Assembly: GCA_964586175.1 (NCBI GenBank)
Contig: CAZPGL010000002.1
Coordinates: 36,082 to 100,081 of the forward strand
Length of the DNA stretch: 64,000 nt
Reading direction: 5' to 3'
From: an uncultured Microthrixaceae bacterium
GTDB taxonomy: Bacteria > Actinomycetota > Acidimicrobiia > Acidimicrobiales > MedAcidi-G1
In this document: positions 26,074 through 34,993 of the stretch, one piece after another
How positions within the stretch are numbered: the stretch's first letter is position 1
Layout: every line of letters starts with the position of its first letter
Position numbers and translations under genes: made by a program
Notes under the pieces: model-generated
Database searches by the model: none
Told to the model about the DNA's origin: nothing
The model's input: the letters and a program-made list of their open reading frames with translations, nothing else

Positions 26074-27110
26074 CAGCCGCCGATCTGGGACATCGACCGG
26101 GCCGGCCGGATGAAGTCGACGGTGCCGATGCCGTGTCCGGCCCATTTGGCACCGACGGCCCGCTCCACCAGGGCTCCGATCTCGTCGTCGCCGGCCCCCG
26201 ACCGCAGCAACCCGCGCAGGTCGTACTCGTCGAGCCCGAACAGGCAGTTGCGGAACTGGCCGTCGGCGGTGAGCCGGATCCGATCGCAGGTATCGCAGAA
26301 CTTGCGGGTCACGCTGGCGACGACGCCGATCTCGCCGCCGCCGTCCGCGTATGCGAACCGGGTGGCCGGCGCGGCTGTGCGCTCCACGGCCTCCAGCGGA
26401 TACACCTCATGGATCCGGCCCACGATGTCGTCCTGGGTCACGACCTTGGTCGCCGACCAGCCCTCCTCGGCATCGAGCGGCATGAACTCGATGAACCGCA
26501 CCGTCACCCCGGCCTCCCGGCCGAAGCGGGCGAAGTCGATGATCTCGTCGTCGTTGACGCCGGCCATCACGACCATGTTCACCTTGACGGGATCCAGCCC
26601 GGCCTCGAGGGCGGCGTCGATGCCGTCGAGCACCTTGGCCAGATCGTCGCGTCTCGTCAGCTCGGCGAACCGCTCGCGCTGCAACGAGTCGAGCGACACG
26701 TTCACCCGCCGCAACCCGGCCGCGGCCAGCGCAGGAGCGGCCAGGCGCAGGGTCGCCCCGTTCGTGGTAAGCGACAGGTCGGCCGGCAGTTCGGCCAGCA
26801 TGGCGACCAGGGTGGGGAGGTTGGCCCGCAGGGTCGGCTCACCGCCCGTGAGGCGAATGCTGTCGATGCCGTAGCGCTCCACCAGCAGGCGGGACACCCG
26901 GGCGATCTCCTCGTAGGTGAGCACCTCGTCGCGGGGCAGCCACTCGAGACCGTCGGCCGGCATGCAGTAGGTGCACCGGAAGTTGCAGCGGTCGGTGACC
27001 GAGATGCGAAGATCCCGGTGGCGGCGGCCGAAGGAGTCGGTGAGGTGGCGATCCACACCCTGCAGGCTAGAGGTCCGATGCCGCACCAGCCATCCGGCGC
27101 GGGGATTCAA
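26073..27110 (-). CDS. moaA: GTP 3',8-cyclase (radical SAM)
   Basis: [27 protein letters not shown], and a C-terminal [20 protein letters not shown]. The start is uncertain: TTG at 27110 overlaps the moeA stop, and in-frame GTGs lie downstream. Confidence 0.9.
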   Translation of the reverse strand: MNPRAGWLVRHRTSSLQGVDRHLTDSFGRRHRDLRISVTDRCNFRCTYCMPADGLEWLPRDEVLTYEEIARVSRLLVERYGIDSIRLTGGEPTLRANLPTLVAMLAELPADLSLTTNGATLRLAAPALAAAGLRRVNVSLDSLQRERFAELTRRDDLAKVLDGIDAALEAGLDPVKVNMVVMAGVNDDEIIDFARFGREAGVTVRFIEFMPLDAEEGWSATKVVTQDDIVGRIHEVYPLEAVERTAAPATRFAYADGGGEIGVVASVTRKFCDTCDRIRLTADGQFRNCLFGLDEYDLRGLLRSGAGDDEIGALVERAVGAKWAGHGIGTVDFIRPARSMSQIGG

Positions 27111-28309
27111 CGCAGGACCAGCACCTCGACCGGTCCGCCGTCGGCGACACCGTCACCGTCGGGCAGCACGGCCAGCGCATCGGCGGCCGCCATCGCCGAG
27201 AGCTGATGCGATCCCTGGCCACCGGCGGAACCGGCGAGCACCACACCGTCGACGACCCGCAACGACACCCTGGCGAAGTGGGTCTTGCCGTCGGGGCGAC
27301 GGCGGAGATCCCCCTCGGCGACGGCCCGCAGGCGCCGTCGATCCAGTTCGGCGTGCCCCGACATGGCCAGCAGTGCCGGCCGGGCGAACAACTCGAACGA
27401 CACCATCGACGACACCGGGTTGCCCGGTAGCCCGAACACCGGCACCCCGCCGACCGTACCGAAGGCCAGGGGTTTGGCCGGCTTGATGGCCACCTGCATC
27501 CAGCGCATGTCGCCCAGCCGGTCGAGCACCGTCTTGACGTAGTCGAAGTCACCCATGCTCACACCCCCCGACGACAGCACCGCGTCGCAGGCACCGTCAC
27601 CATGACAGGCGGAGCGGAACGCCTCCTCAATGGCCGTCTCGTCGTCGGCGATGATGCCCAGATCGACCCCGTCGAACCCGGATTCGGCGAGCAGGGCCAG
27701 CAGGGCGTGGCGGTTGGCGTCGCGGATCAGGCCGGGAGCCAGCGGGGCGTCGCCGTCAACCAGCTCGTCGCCCGTCGACAGCACCCCGACCCGCAGCCCT
27801 CGGGCCACGGCGATCTCGGTGCACCCGATGCTGGCCAACACTCCGAGATGCCCCGGCGTCAGCAGGGTCCCGGCAGCGAACACCGTCTGCCCGGGCTCCA
27901 GGTCCTCGCCGGCCGCCCGCACATGGTTGCCGGCGGGCACCTCGATCTCGACGGTGACCAGTTCGCCGTCGGTGCTGGTGCGCTCGACCATGACGACTGC
28001 GTCGGCCCCCGGCGGGATGAGCGCCCCGGTCATGATGCGCACCGCCTCCCCGGCGGCGACGGTGGCCCCATGGGCCGCACCGGCGGCCTGGGTCCCGACG
28101 ATGCGGAGCACGCGGGGCGCCCCGACCGTGTCGGCGGCCCGGACGGCAAACCCGTCCATGGCGGTGTTGGCGAACGGCGGCACCGCCTCGGCGGTCACGA
28201 TGTCCTCGAACAGCACCCGGCCCCGCGCCTCGTCGGGGTGCACCCGCTCGACCCGCGGCCCCGGGCAGCGTTCCAGAACGTGGGCTCGGGCCTCCTCGAG
28301 CGGAATCAT
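27107..28309 (-). CDS. moeA: molybdopterin molybdenumtransferase
   Basis: 400 aa. PPFANTAMDGFAVRAAD, VLSTGDELV, SGGVSMGDFDYV, KPAKPLAFG, GLPGNPVSS. Confidence 0.95.
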   Translation of the reverse strand: MIPLEEARAHVLERCPGPRVERVHPDEARGRVLFEDIVTAEAVPPFANTAMDGFAVRAADTVGAPRVLRIVGTQAAGAAHGATVAAGEAVRIMTGALIPPGADAVVMVERTSTDGELVTVEIEVPAGNHVRAAGEDLEPGQTVFAAGTLLTPGHLGVLASIGCTEIAVARGLRVGVLSTGDELVDGDAPLAPGLIRDANRHALLALLAESGFDGVDLGIIADDETAIEEAFRSACHGDGACDAVLSSGGVSMGDFDYVKTVLDRLGDMRWMQVAIKPAKPLAFGTVGGVPVFGLPGNPVSSMVSFELFARPALLAMSGHAELDRRRLRAVAEGDLRRRPDGKTHFARVSLRVVDGVVLAGSAGGQGSHQLSAMAAADALAVLPDGDGVADGGPVEVLVLR

Positions 28310-28375
28310 GGGGCTCCCATGGGTGACATCGTGTGCGCCGGTCGGCGGGAAGGCGAGGCTACCCAGGCCGGGCGC

Positions 28376-28963
28376 TCAGCCGCCCGCCCAGGACCCTTCG
28401 GCTCCCGACAGCAGCCTGCGGATGTTCTCGTAGTGACGGCCGACCACGACGACGCTCAGGCCGATGGCCGCCAGCAGCTCGGCCGTCGTCGCGTCGAGCC
28501 ACACCCCGGCGATCACCGGCAGGAGGGCGGCGATGACCAGCGAACCCAGCGACGCCCGACCGGTCAGCCGGGCCACGACGACGAACACCACCATGCACAC
28601 CGCTGCGGCCACCGGGAACAGCACCCAGCTCCCACCGCCGGCCGTCGCCACACCCTTGCCGCCCCGCAGGCGACGGGTGATGGGCGCCATGTGCCCGATG
28701 GTGGCCGCCACCCAGCAGGCGGTGGCCAGCGGGCGACCGTCGACGGCCAGCCCAGCGCCGGCGGCCAGGATGCCCTTGCCCAGGTCGGCGGCGAACACCA
28801 CCAGGCCCGAGCGGCGTCCGGCGACTCGGTAGACGTTGGTCGCTCCGGGGTTGCCCGACCCGGCGGTGGTGGGGTCCAGGCCCTTTCGCCCGGCGACCAG
28901 GTGGGCCGACGGGAAGGTCCCCAACAGGTACGACCCCACGACGAGTAGCACGGACACGACCAC
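28376..28963 (-). CDS. plsY: glycerol-3-phosphate acyltransferase PlsY
   Basis: ORF 28376..29302 trimmed to the GTG at 28963 (VVVSVLLVVGSYLLGTFPSAHL...). Motifs: GSGNPGATNV, KGILA, GHMAPI, GGKGVAT. The upstream in-frame part is Arg/Trp-rich noise. Confidence 0.85.
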   Translation of the reverse strand: MVVSVLLVVGSYLLGTFPSAHLVAGRKGLDPTTAGSGNPGATNVYRVAGRRSGLVVFAADLGKGILAAGAGLAVDGRPLATACWVAATIGHMAPITRRLRGGKGVATAGGGSWVLFPVAAAVCMVVFVVVARLTGRASLGSLVIAALLPVIAGVWLDATTAELLAAIGLSVVVVGRHYENIRRLLSGAEGSWAGG

Positions 28964-29072
28964 GGGACCAGCATCCCCTCTCGGGCTTCGTCGGTGATGG
29001 ACCCGCCCCTTGGGGCCCGTCCGGGTTCGACGGTACACTAGCCCTGCCGCCGGGCCCCGCCCGTGCCTGCAC

Positions 29073-29099
29073 CATCTCCTCCATCTCCTCCATCTCCCC
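29073..29099. repeat. 9-bp tandem repeat x3 (CATCTCCTC CATCTCCTC CATCTCCCC) in the plsY/fmdB divergent intergenic region
   Basis: Read directly. Polypyrimidine and anti-SD-like on the plus strand; GGAGGAGATG x3 on the minus strand. Confidence 0.85.
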
Positions 29100-29125
29100 C
29101 ACCGCGACCGCCGACGGGCCCCGCC

Positions 29126-29473
29126 ATGCCGACCTACCAGTACCGCTGCAAGTCCTGCACCCGCGAGTTCGAGGTGCGCCAGTCGTTCGCCGAGGACCCG
29201 ATCGTCGCCTGCCTGGACGACGCCTGCGACGGGTCGGTCAACAAGGTTTTCAGCGGGGTCGGCATCTCGTTCAAGGGCGACGGCTTCTACAAGAACGACC
29301 ACGGATCCAACCGGTCCACCCGCACCACCGACTCGTCGCCGTCGACCGACGCCTCGTCGACCCCGGCATCGACCGGGACCTCTTCTTCTTCTTCCTCCTC
29401 CGAAGGCTCGTCGGGCTCATCGGGCTCATCGGGCTCGCCAGCTCCGGCCTCCGCCTCCACCTCGTCCGACTGA
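29126..29473 (+). CDS. FmdB-family zinc-ribbon protein with Ser/Thr-rich tail
   Basis: ORF 29063..29473 trimmed to the ATG at 29126. MPTYQYRCKSCTREFEVRQSF...ACLDDACDG..VNKVFS is the characteristic CxxC...CxxC regulatory zinc ribbon. Confidence 0.85.
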   Translation: MPTYQYRCKSCTREFEVRQSFAEDPIVACLDDACDGSVNKVFSGVGISFKGDGFYKNDHGSNRSTRTTDSSPSTDASSTPASTGTSSSSSSSEGSSGSSGSSGSPAPASASTSSD

Positions 29474-29530
29474 CGAACAGGCGGCACCGCGCCGCTTCCC
29501 CGACCGGTCCCGATGTTGACGGGAGCCTCC

Positions 29531-29962
29531 ATGGGGTACCTGCTCGCCCGCCTGCGGTCCTGGGCCGCCCACCGCCGCGCCGCCTGGTGGCTGGCCGCCG
29601 CCGTACTCGCCGTCGTTACCGGTATGGGCGTCGACGCCGCACTGACCCCGGCGACCTGCCCCCCCGGGGTGTCGTCGGCCGTACCGCGACCACCCGACGA
29701 GAACCGTCCCGTACCCGGCGAACGGGCCCTGGCCCTCGACCAGCCGGAAGGCCGGCTGGTCCTGGTCGCCGGAGACCGGGTCGACCTGTACGCCGTGGAC
29801 GACTACTCGCCCTCCGGGCATCTCCTCGTCGGCGACGCCCGGGTGCTCATCCCCGGTGACCGGTCGGTGACGGTCGCCGTTCCCGTCGACCGGGTGGCCG
29901 ATGTCGCGGCGGCCCGCCGCTGGGGTGAGATCGCCCTCGCTCTCGCTCCCACCGCCCCCTGA
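29531..29962 (+). CDS. SAF-domain-like membrane-anchored protein (usual neighbour of fmdB in Actinobacteria)
   Basis: GGGAG lies 6 nt before the ATG at 29531; an alternative ATG is at 29513. N-terminal TM segment AAWWLAAAVLAVVTGMGV, then a beta-rich domain (LVLVAGDRVDLYAV...VTVAVPVDRVADVAAA). Confidence 0.55.
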   Translation: MGYLLARLRSWAAHRRAAWWLAAAVLAVVTGMGVDAALTPATCPPGVSSAVPRPPDENRPVPGERALALDQPEGRLVLVAGDRVDLYAVDDYSPSGHLLVGDARVLIPGDRSVTVAVPVDRVADVAAARRWGEIALALAPTAP

Positions 29963-29968
29963 CGGGGG

Positions 29969-30787
29969 TCAGCGGACGCCGGTGGCCAGCAGGCCGAGCA
30001 CCGCGGCGCCCAGCAGCACCCGGTAAACCACGAACCCGTCGAACCGCCGATGGGCCACAAGGCGCAGCAGCCAGTGCACGGCCAGCCAACCGCTGACCGC
30101 CGCCGCTGCGACGCCGACGAGGAACGGCGGCCACCAGCCGGCGGGCACCTCGACATCGAACGCCTTGACGATTCCGGCCCCGGCGATGACCGGCAGGCTC
30201 ATCAGGAACACCAGGCGGGCAGCCTCGGTGCGCTCGAGACCGATCCCACGGGCGACGGTGAGCGTGGCCCCCGACCGGGACACGCCGGGCTGGAACGCCA
30301 GACCCTGGGCCACCCCGAGGGCCACGGCGTGACGGACCCCGAGGTCGCCGATGCGCTGGTCGACCGGCCGACGGTCGGCCCACCAGAGCAGCGCACCGAA
30401 CACGATGAGCGCCGTGGCGACCAGCCAGGTGCGGTCGCCGAGGTCGTCGGTGAACGCCAACACGGCGACGCCCATGAGTCCGGTGGGCACCGCGGTCAGC
30501 GCCAACAACCCGGCAATACGGGCATCACCGGTGAGGGGGCCCCGTCCACCCCAGCGGAGGACCGCCGTGGTGTACCTGGCGATGTCGGCCCGCAGATACC
30601 ACGCCGCCCCGAGCAGGGTGCCGACGTGCAGGGCAACGTCGAAGGCGTTCTCGAGTGCCTGGTCGTCGCCGAAATGGTCCCAGTCGAACAGCCACGGCAA
30701 CAGGGCGAGATGACCGCTCGACGACACGGGCAGGAACTCGGTCACCCCCTGGACGATGCCGTAGACCACGGCGTGCAGGAGGGGCAC
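29969..30787 (-). CDS. uppP: undecaprenyl-diphosphate phosphatase
   Basis: ORF trimmed to the GTG at 30787. This start is preceded by AAGGAGG, which directly follows the pmbA TGA. Motifs: GIVQGVTEFLPVSSSGHL and PGVSRSGATL. 272 aa, as in E. coli BacA. Confidence 0.9.
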   Translation of the reverse strand: MPLLHAVVYGIVQGVTEFLPVSSSGHLALLPWLFDWDHFGDDQALENAFDVALHVGTLLGAAWYLRADIARYTTAVLRWGGRGPLTGDARIAGLLALTAVPTGLMGVAVLAFTDDLGDRTWLVATALIVFGALLWWADRRPVDQRIGDLGVRHAVALGVAQGLAFQPGVSRSGATLTVARGIGLERTEAARLVFLMSLPVIAGAGIVKAFDVEVPAGWWPPFLVGVAAAAVSGWLAVHWLLRLVAHRRFDGFVVYRVLLGAAVLGLLATGVR

Positions 30788-30801
30788 GGCGACGACCTCC
30801 T

Positions 30802-32142
30802 TCAGGCGCCCGACACGGTCAGCTCGCCGATGACCAGGGTGACGCCGGCCGCCGTCATCGGCAGCCACTCGAGGTCGTTGCCCACCGCGGCCACGTCGTG
30901 CAACATCTTCTGGATGGTGGAGGCGATGGTGAACTCACGCACCGGTTCGGCCACCTCGCCGTGGCGGATCCGCAGGCCTTCGGCGCCGGTCGAGAAGTCG
31001 CCGCTCACCGGGTTGACACCCGAATGCAGGCCGCTCACCCCCTGGACGAGCAGACCGTCATCGATGCCGGCGATCAACTCGGCCGGGGTGTGATCGCCGG
31101 GGGCGACCGCCACCGCCTGGACCCCCACCCCCGGGGTCGAGGCGTAGCCCCGCACCGCCGACCCGGTCGACGCCGTGGCGGCCCGCCGGGCCGTGTAGCT
31201 GTTGTGCACGAAGCGTTCCAGCCGGCCTCCGTCGATGAGCACGTTGCGGCGGGTGGCCAGCCCTTCGCCGTCGGTGGCCGTGGCTGTGAAGGCCGCCGGA
31301 TCGGTCGGGTCGTCGACGAGTGTCAGCACCCCGGCACCGACGTCCTCGCCGAGCCGGTCGGCGAACAGCGAGCGGCCCTTCTGGACCATCTCGGCGCTCA
31401 AGGTACCGCCGACGATGCCGAGGAACTGGGCGCTCACCCACGGGTCGAGCACCACGGTCAGGCGGGCCGACGGCGGCTTGGTCGCGCCCAGCATGCGGGT
31501 GGCCCGTTCCACGGCGTCGGCCGCGGCCCGCCCGACGTCGAGGTCGTCGGGTTGGCGGCCCACCGAGAACCCGAAACCGGTCTGGGTCTCACCACCGGAT
31601 TCGGCCAGCGAGTAGGCGGACAGATAGCACCCCGTCTCCCGGGTGGCGGCGCGGATGCCCGTGGTGGTGGCCACCGCGGTCTCGGTGACGGAGTCGGCGT
31701 ACTCGGCCGATTCGACCCCGACGATCCGCGGATCTGCGTCGCGGGTTCGGCGTTCCAACTCGAGGGCCATGGCCACCTTGGCGTCGGTCGGATGGTCGAC
31801 GAGGGCGGCCCGGTGGATGTCGAGCACCGCCGGTTCGACGCCGTCGGGTTCGGCGACACCGCAGTGCTCGTCCGGGGTGGCGAACGTCAGGTTGTCGCGG
31901 GCGTCGGCCAGCGTCTCGGCCAGTGCGTCGGGTTCCAGGGTGCCTGCATAGGCGAACCCCTGTCGGCCGTCGCGCACGACCCGGACGCCGATGCCCTGCG
32001 ATTCCGCGGCGGTCAGTGATTCGAGGTCGCCCTCATAGGCCCGGATCTCCGTTTCGCGTTCGTGGACGGCGACCACCTCGATCTGTTCGCCGGCCACCGC
32101 CCAGCCGACGACCCGTTCGCAGAGGTCGAGGAGTTCGGGCAC
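30802..32142 (-). CDS. pmbA: TldD/PmbA-family metalloprotease, PmbA-like subunit
   Basis: 446 aa. ...GIGVRVVRDGRQGFAYAG..., a C-terminal GDFSTGAEGLRIRHGE and TIAS. Adjacent to tldD. Confidence 0.85.
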   Translation of the reverse strand: MPELLDLCERVVGWAVAGEQIEVVAVHERETEIRAYEGDLESLTAAESQGIGVRVVRDGRQGFAYAGTLEPDALAETLADARDNLTFATPDEHCGVAEPDGVEPAVLDIHRAALVDHPTDAKVAMALELERRTRDADPRIVGVESAEYADSVTETAVATTTGIRAATRETGCYLSAYSLAESGGETQTGFGFSVGRQPDDLDVGRAAADAVERATRMLGATKPPSARLTVVLDPWVSAQFLGIVGGTLSAEMVQKGRSLFADRLGEDVGAGVLTLVDDPTDPAAFTATATDGEGLATRRNVLIDGGRLERFVHNSYTARRAATASTGSAVRGYASTPGVGVQAVAVAPGDHTPAELIAGIDDGLLVQGVSGLHSGVNPVSGDFSTGAEGLRIRHGEVAEPVREFTIASTIQKMLHDVAAVGNDLEWLPMTAAGVTLVIGELTVSGA

Positions 32143-32143
32143 G

Positions 32144-33562
32144 TCAGGCCGCCGTTCCGCCGACGGTGAGGCGGGTGACCCGCAGGGTCGGCGTGCCGTC
32201 GCCCACCGGTACCCCTTGACCGTCCTTGCCGCAGGTGCCTGGCGACCCCATGGCGAAGTCCCCGGCGATGGCGTCGATGTCGAGGAGCGTCTGGGGACCG
32301 TTGCCGATGAGGTTGCCCTCCCGGATCGGTGCCGTGAGCTCGCCGTCCTCGATCAGATAGGCCTCGGTCATGCCGAACACGAAGTCGCCGGTGGCCGTGT
32401 TGACCTGGCCACCGCCGAGCTGGGCGACGTACACCCCGTGGTCAGTGCCGGCGACGATCTCGGCCGGGTCGTCCGGACCGGACCCGAGGTAGGTGTTGGT
32501 CATGCGTACCATCGGAAGGTGGCGGTAGCTCTGGCGGCGGCCGTTGCCGGAGCTGGGACGGCCCTCCTTGACGGCTCGCAGGCGATCCCACATGTAGTCG
32601 GTGAGCACACCGTCCTCGATGAGCACGTTGCGTTGGGCCGGCCGGCCCTCGTCGTCGATGGCATAACGGCCCCACTCACCGTCCATCGTGCCGTCGTCGA
32701 CCAGGGTCACCATCGGGGCGGCGACGGTGTCGCCCCGGCGCCCGGCGAACACCGACGCCGACTTGGCGATCAGGTCGGCCTCGAGGCCGTGGCCGCAGGC
32801 CTCGTGGAACAGCACGCCACCACCCCCGGGACCGACGACGACCGGCATCTCGCCGCTCGGCGCGGGGACGGCGGCCAACTTGGTGAGTGCCCGCCGGGCC
32901 GCCCGTTCGGCCAGCTCGTCGACGTCGATCCGGTCGAAGAGCTCGAAGCCCATGGTGTGGCCGACCGACTCGCGCCCGGTCTGCATGCCGGTGTCGCCGT
33001 TGGCGACACACGAGATCGAACAGAGGGTGCGGACCTGGTCATCGCCGGTGAGCAGGCCTTCGCTGTTGGCGATCTGGATGCGGCGGCGGCCGTCGCCGTA
33101 CCGGGCGGTGACCTGGGCGATCGCCGCGTCCTGGGCCCGCGCCGCAGCATCGGCCCGGAGCAGCAGCGCCACCTTGTCCGCCTTGGGGACGTCGCCGGGC
33201 ATCACCTCGGCCCGCGGCGCAGGGAGCCGACCCGTCCCGGTCAGGGCGACAGCTCGGGTGCCGCCACCGCCGGAGCGGGCAGCGGCTGCCGCCGCTGCGG
33301 CGGCCGATTCCAGGCCGGCGGCCGACAGGTCGGCGGTGTGGGCGAACCCGGTGGTGTCGCCGACGACGACACGGACGCCGGCCCCGCGGTCGCGGCCGCT
33401 GGTGAGTTCTTCGATACGCCCGTCGTCGAGCACCGCCGACATGGACCGCCGGTCCTCGACGAACACCTCGGCGAAATCGCCACCGGTGCGCAGACCGGCT
33501 CGCACGGTGGCCTCCAGCAGATCGGGGTCGAGCAGGGATCCGTCGTCTCGGTGGTCGCTCAC
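32144..33562 (-). CDS. tldD: TldD-family metalloprotease
   Basis: 472 aa. GAGVRVVVGDTTGFAHT, the HEACGHGLEAD zinc motif, GDFVFGMTEAYLIEDGE. Confidence 0.9.
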   Translation of the reverse strand: MSDHRDDGSLLDPDLLEATVRAGLRTGGDFAEVFVEDRRSMSAVLDDGRIEELTSGRDRGAGVRVVVGDTTGFAHTADLSAAGLESAAAAAAAAARSGGGGTRAVALTGTGRLPAPRAEVMPGDVPKADKVALLLRADAAARAQDAAIAQVTARYGDGRRRIQIANSEGLLTGDDQVRTLCSISCVANGDTGMQTGRESVGHTMGFELFDRIDVDELAERAARRALTKLAAVPAPSGEMPVVVGPGGGGVLFHEACGHGLEADLIAKSASVFAGRRGDTVAAPMVTLVDDGTMDGEWGRYAIDDEGRPAQRNVLIEDGVLTDYMWDRLRAVKEGRPSSGNGRRQSYRHLPMVRMTNTYLGSGPDDPAEIVAGTDHGVYVAQLGGGQVNTATGDFVFGMTEAYLIEDGELTAPIREGNLIGNGPQTLLDIDAIAGDFAMGSPGTCGKDGQGVPVGDGTPTLRVTRLTVGGTAA

Positions 33563-33636
33563 GTTCGGGATCTTCCCTCACGCCCCGCGAGGGGCTCTGG
33601 TCGTCGTTGCTGGTCGGGACCGGCCAGCCGCCCACG

Positions 33637-34077
33637 ATGCCTCACGGACACCCGGCGAATGCGTATCGTACCGTTGTGCCTCCGACCGTCGGCCTCCGGG
33701 CCTCCTCCACCCACACCGTCACCGAGGCCGACACGGCGATCAACCAGGGTTCGGGCGAGGTCCCGGTGCTGGCCACGCCGCGGCTCGTCGCCCTGTTCGA
33801 GCAGACGACCCTGACCGCCCTGGCCGGCCATCTGGAGGCCGACCAGACCACGGTCGGTATGCGCATCCACGTCGACCACCTGTTCCCGTCGGGCGTCGGC
33901 GACACCATTCGCACCGACGTCGAGGCCGAACAGGTGGAGGGCCGTCGCATCACGTTCCGCGCCACCGCCACCTGCGTCGACCGGTGCGCCGAGGGGGACC
34001 CCGCGGCCGTCGTCGGAGCGGCCACCATCGTGCGGGTCGTCGTCGACACCGACCGCTTCCTGCAGCGGGTGCGCTGA
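33637..34077 (+). CDS. hotdog-fold thioesterase (FlK-like family)
   Basis: ORF 33607..34077, using the ATG at 33637. Motifs: VTEADTA...VLATPRLVALFE...TVGMRIHVDHLFPSGVGD...EGRRITFRATA. Confidence 0.65.
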   Translation: MPHGHPANAYRTVVPPTVGLRASSTHTVTEADTAINQGSGEVPVLATPRLVALFEQTTLTALAGHLEADQTTVGMRIHVDHLFPSGVGDTIRTDVEAEQVEGRRITFRATATCVDRCAEGDPAAVVGAATIVRVVVDTDRFLQRVR

Positions 34078-34094
34078 ACCTTCGTCCCGGCGGC

Positions 34095-34922
34095 ATGCCC
34101 TCCTCCACCCCCTCGACCCCGTTGAGCGCCCGGCTCCGCCGTCTCGGCGAGGAAGGGGTGGGCACCGGCCTGCACTGGTGGGCTGAGGTACTGCTCGTCC
34201 TGGTCTTCTACACCGTGTACACGGCAGCCCGGAACCTGTTCGGCTCGGCCTCGGTCGACCCCGGTGAGGCCCTGGACAACGCCCAACGGGTCATCGACCT
34301 CGAGCGGGCGCTCGGCCTCTACCAGGAACTGCGCATCCAGGACGCCTTCATCGACCATCGCTGGTTCATCCAGTTCTGGAACGTGTTCTACGGCACGTTC
34401 CACTTCGGCGTCACCATCTTCACCCTGGTGTGGCTGTACCGCCGGTTCCCGGTGCTCTACCCGCGGTGGCGGTCGGCCTTCCTGTGCACGACCGGCCTGG
34501 CCCTCATCGGGTTCAGCCTGTTCCCGCTCATGCCGCCCCGACTCCTCACCGACTGCGGCGAGTTCGGCGGCTGCATCACCGGACAGCCGTTCGTCGACAC
34601 CCTGTCCGACATCGGGGGGTTGTGGTCGTTCGACTCGGGGACCATGCAGAAGGTTTCCAACCAGTACGCCGCCATGCCCAGCCTCCACTTCGCGTGGGCC
34701 GCCTGGTGCGCCGTGTCGTTGTGGCCGGTGCTCCGGCGCCGCACGACCCGCTGGCTCATCGCCGCCTACCCGGTGGCCACGCTGTTCGCGGTCATCGTGA
34801 CCGGCAACCACTACTGGATCGACGCCGTCGGCGGCCTGCTGGTGTTGGGGGCCGGCATCTGGCTGGGCCGGGCCCTGGCCGACGGTTGGCACCGCTGGAG
34901 CCTGCGCCGCACCACGGCCTGA
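34095..34922 (+). CDS. PAP2_C-type membrane phosphatase/phosphotransferase (IPC-synthase-like fold)
   Basis: Only the C-terminal 275 aa of track ORF 32688..34922 look real (ATG at 34095). Six TM segments. Motifs: PSLHFAWAAW and GNHYWIDAVGG (the PAP2 C2/C3 motifs). Confidence 0.7.
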   Translation: MPSSTPSTPLSARLRRLGEEGVGTGLHWWAEVLLVLVFYTVYTAARNLFGSASVDPGEALDNAQRVIDLERALGLYQELRIQDAFIDHRWFIQFWNVFYGTFHFGVTIFTLVWLYRRFPVLYPRWRSAFLCTTGLALIGFSLFPLMPPRLLTDCGEFGGCITGQPFVDTLSDIGGLWSFDSGTMQKVSNQYAAMPSLHFAWAAWCAVSLWPVLRRRTTRWLIAAYPVATLFAVIVTGNHYWIDAVGGLLVLGAGIWLGRALADGWHRWSLRRTTA

Positions 34923-34993
34923 GCCCGGCGGACGCCCGTCCGATCGGTAATGCGGGTACCGTTGGGCGGCACCCGCCCGTCAGGATCCCCGTC

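Noticed and set aside
28310-28375. A Moco riboswitch upstream of moeA-moaA-moaC.
   Set aside because: The gap is only 66 nt, whereas Moco riboswitches are roughly twice that. I could not find the conserved motif. The genes appear to continue the plsY transcript.
28964-29302. The N-terminal extension of plsY (track ORF 28376..29302, 308 aa).
   Set aside because: The extension is Arg/Trp/Gly-rich with no hydrophobic segments. PlsY homologs are about 195-210 aa and begin at the first TM helix (VVVSVLLVVGSYLLG).
32688-34922. The 744-aa ORF spanning the tldD antisense, the thioesterase region and the PAP2 gene, taken as one large protein.
   Set aside because: Only the last 275 aa (from the ATG at 34095) show membrane-protein and PAP2 motifs. 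The upstream part is Arg/Pro/Ser-rich shadow sequence and overlaps tldD on the opposite strand.
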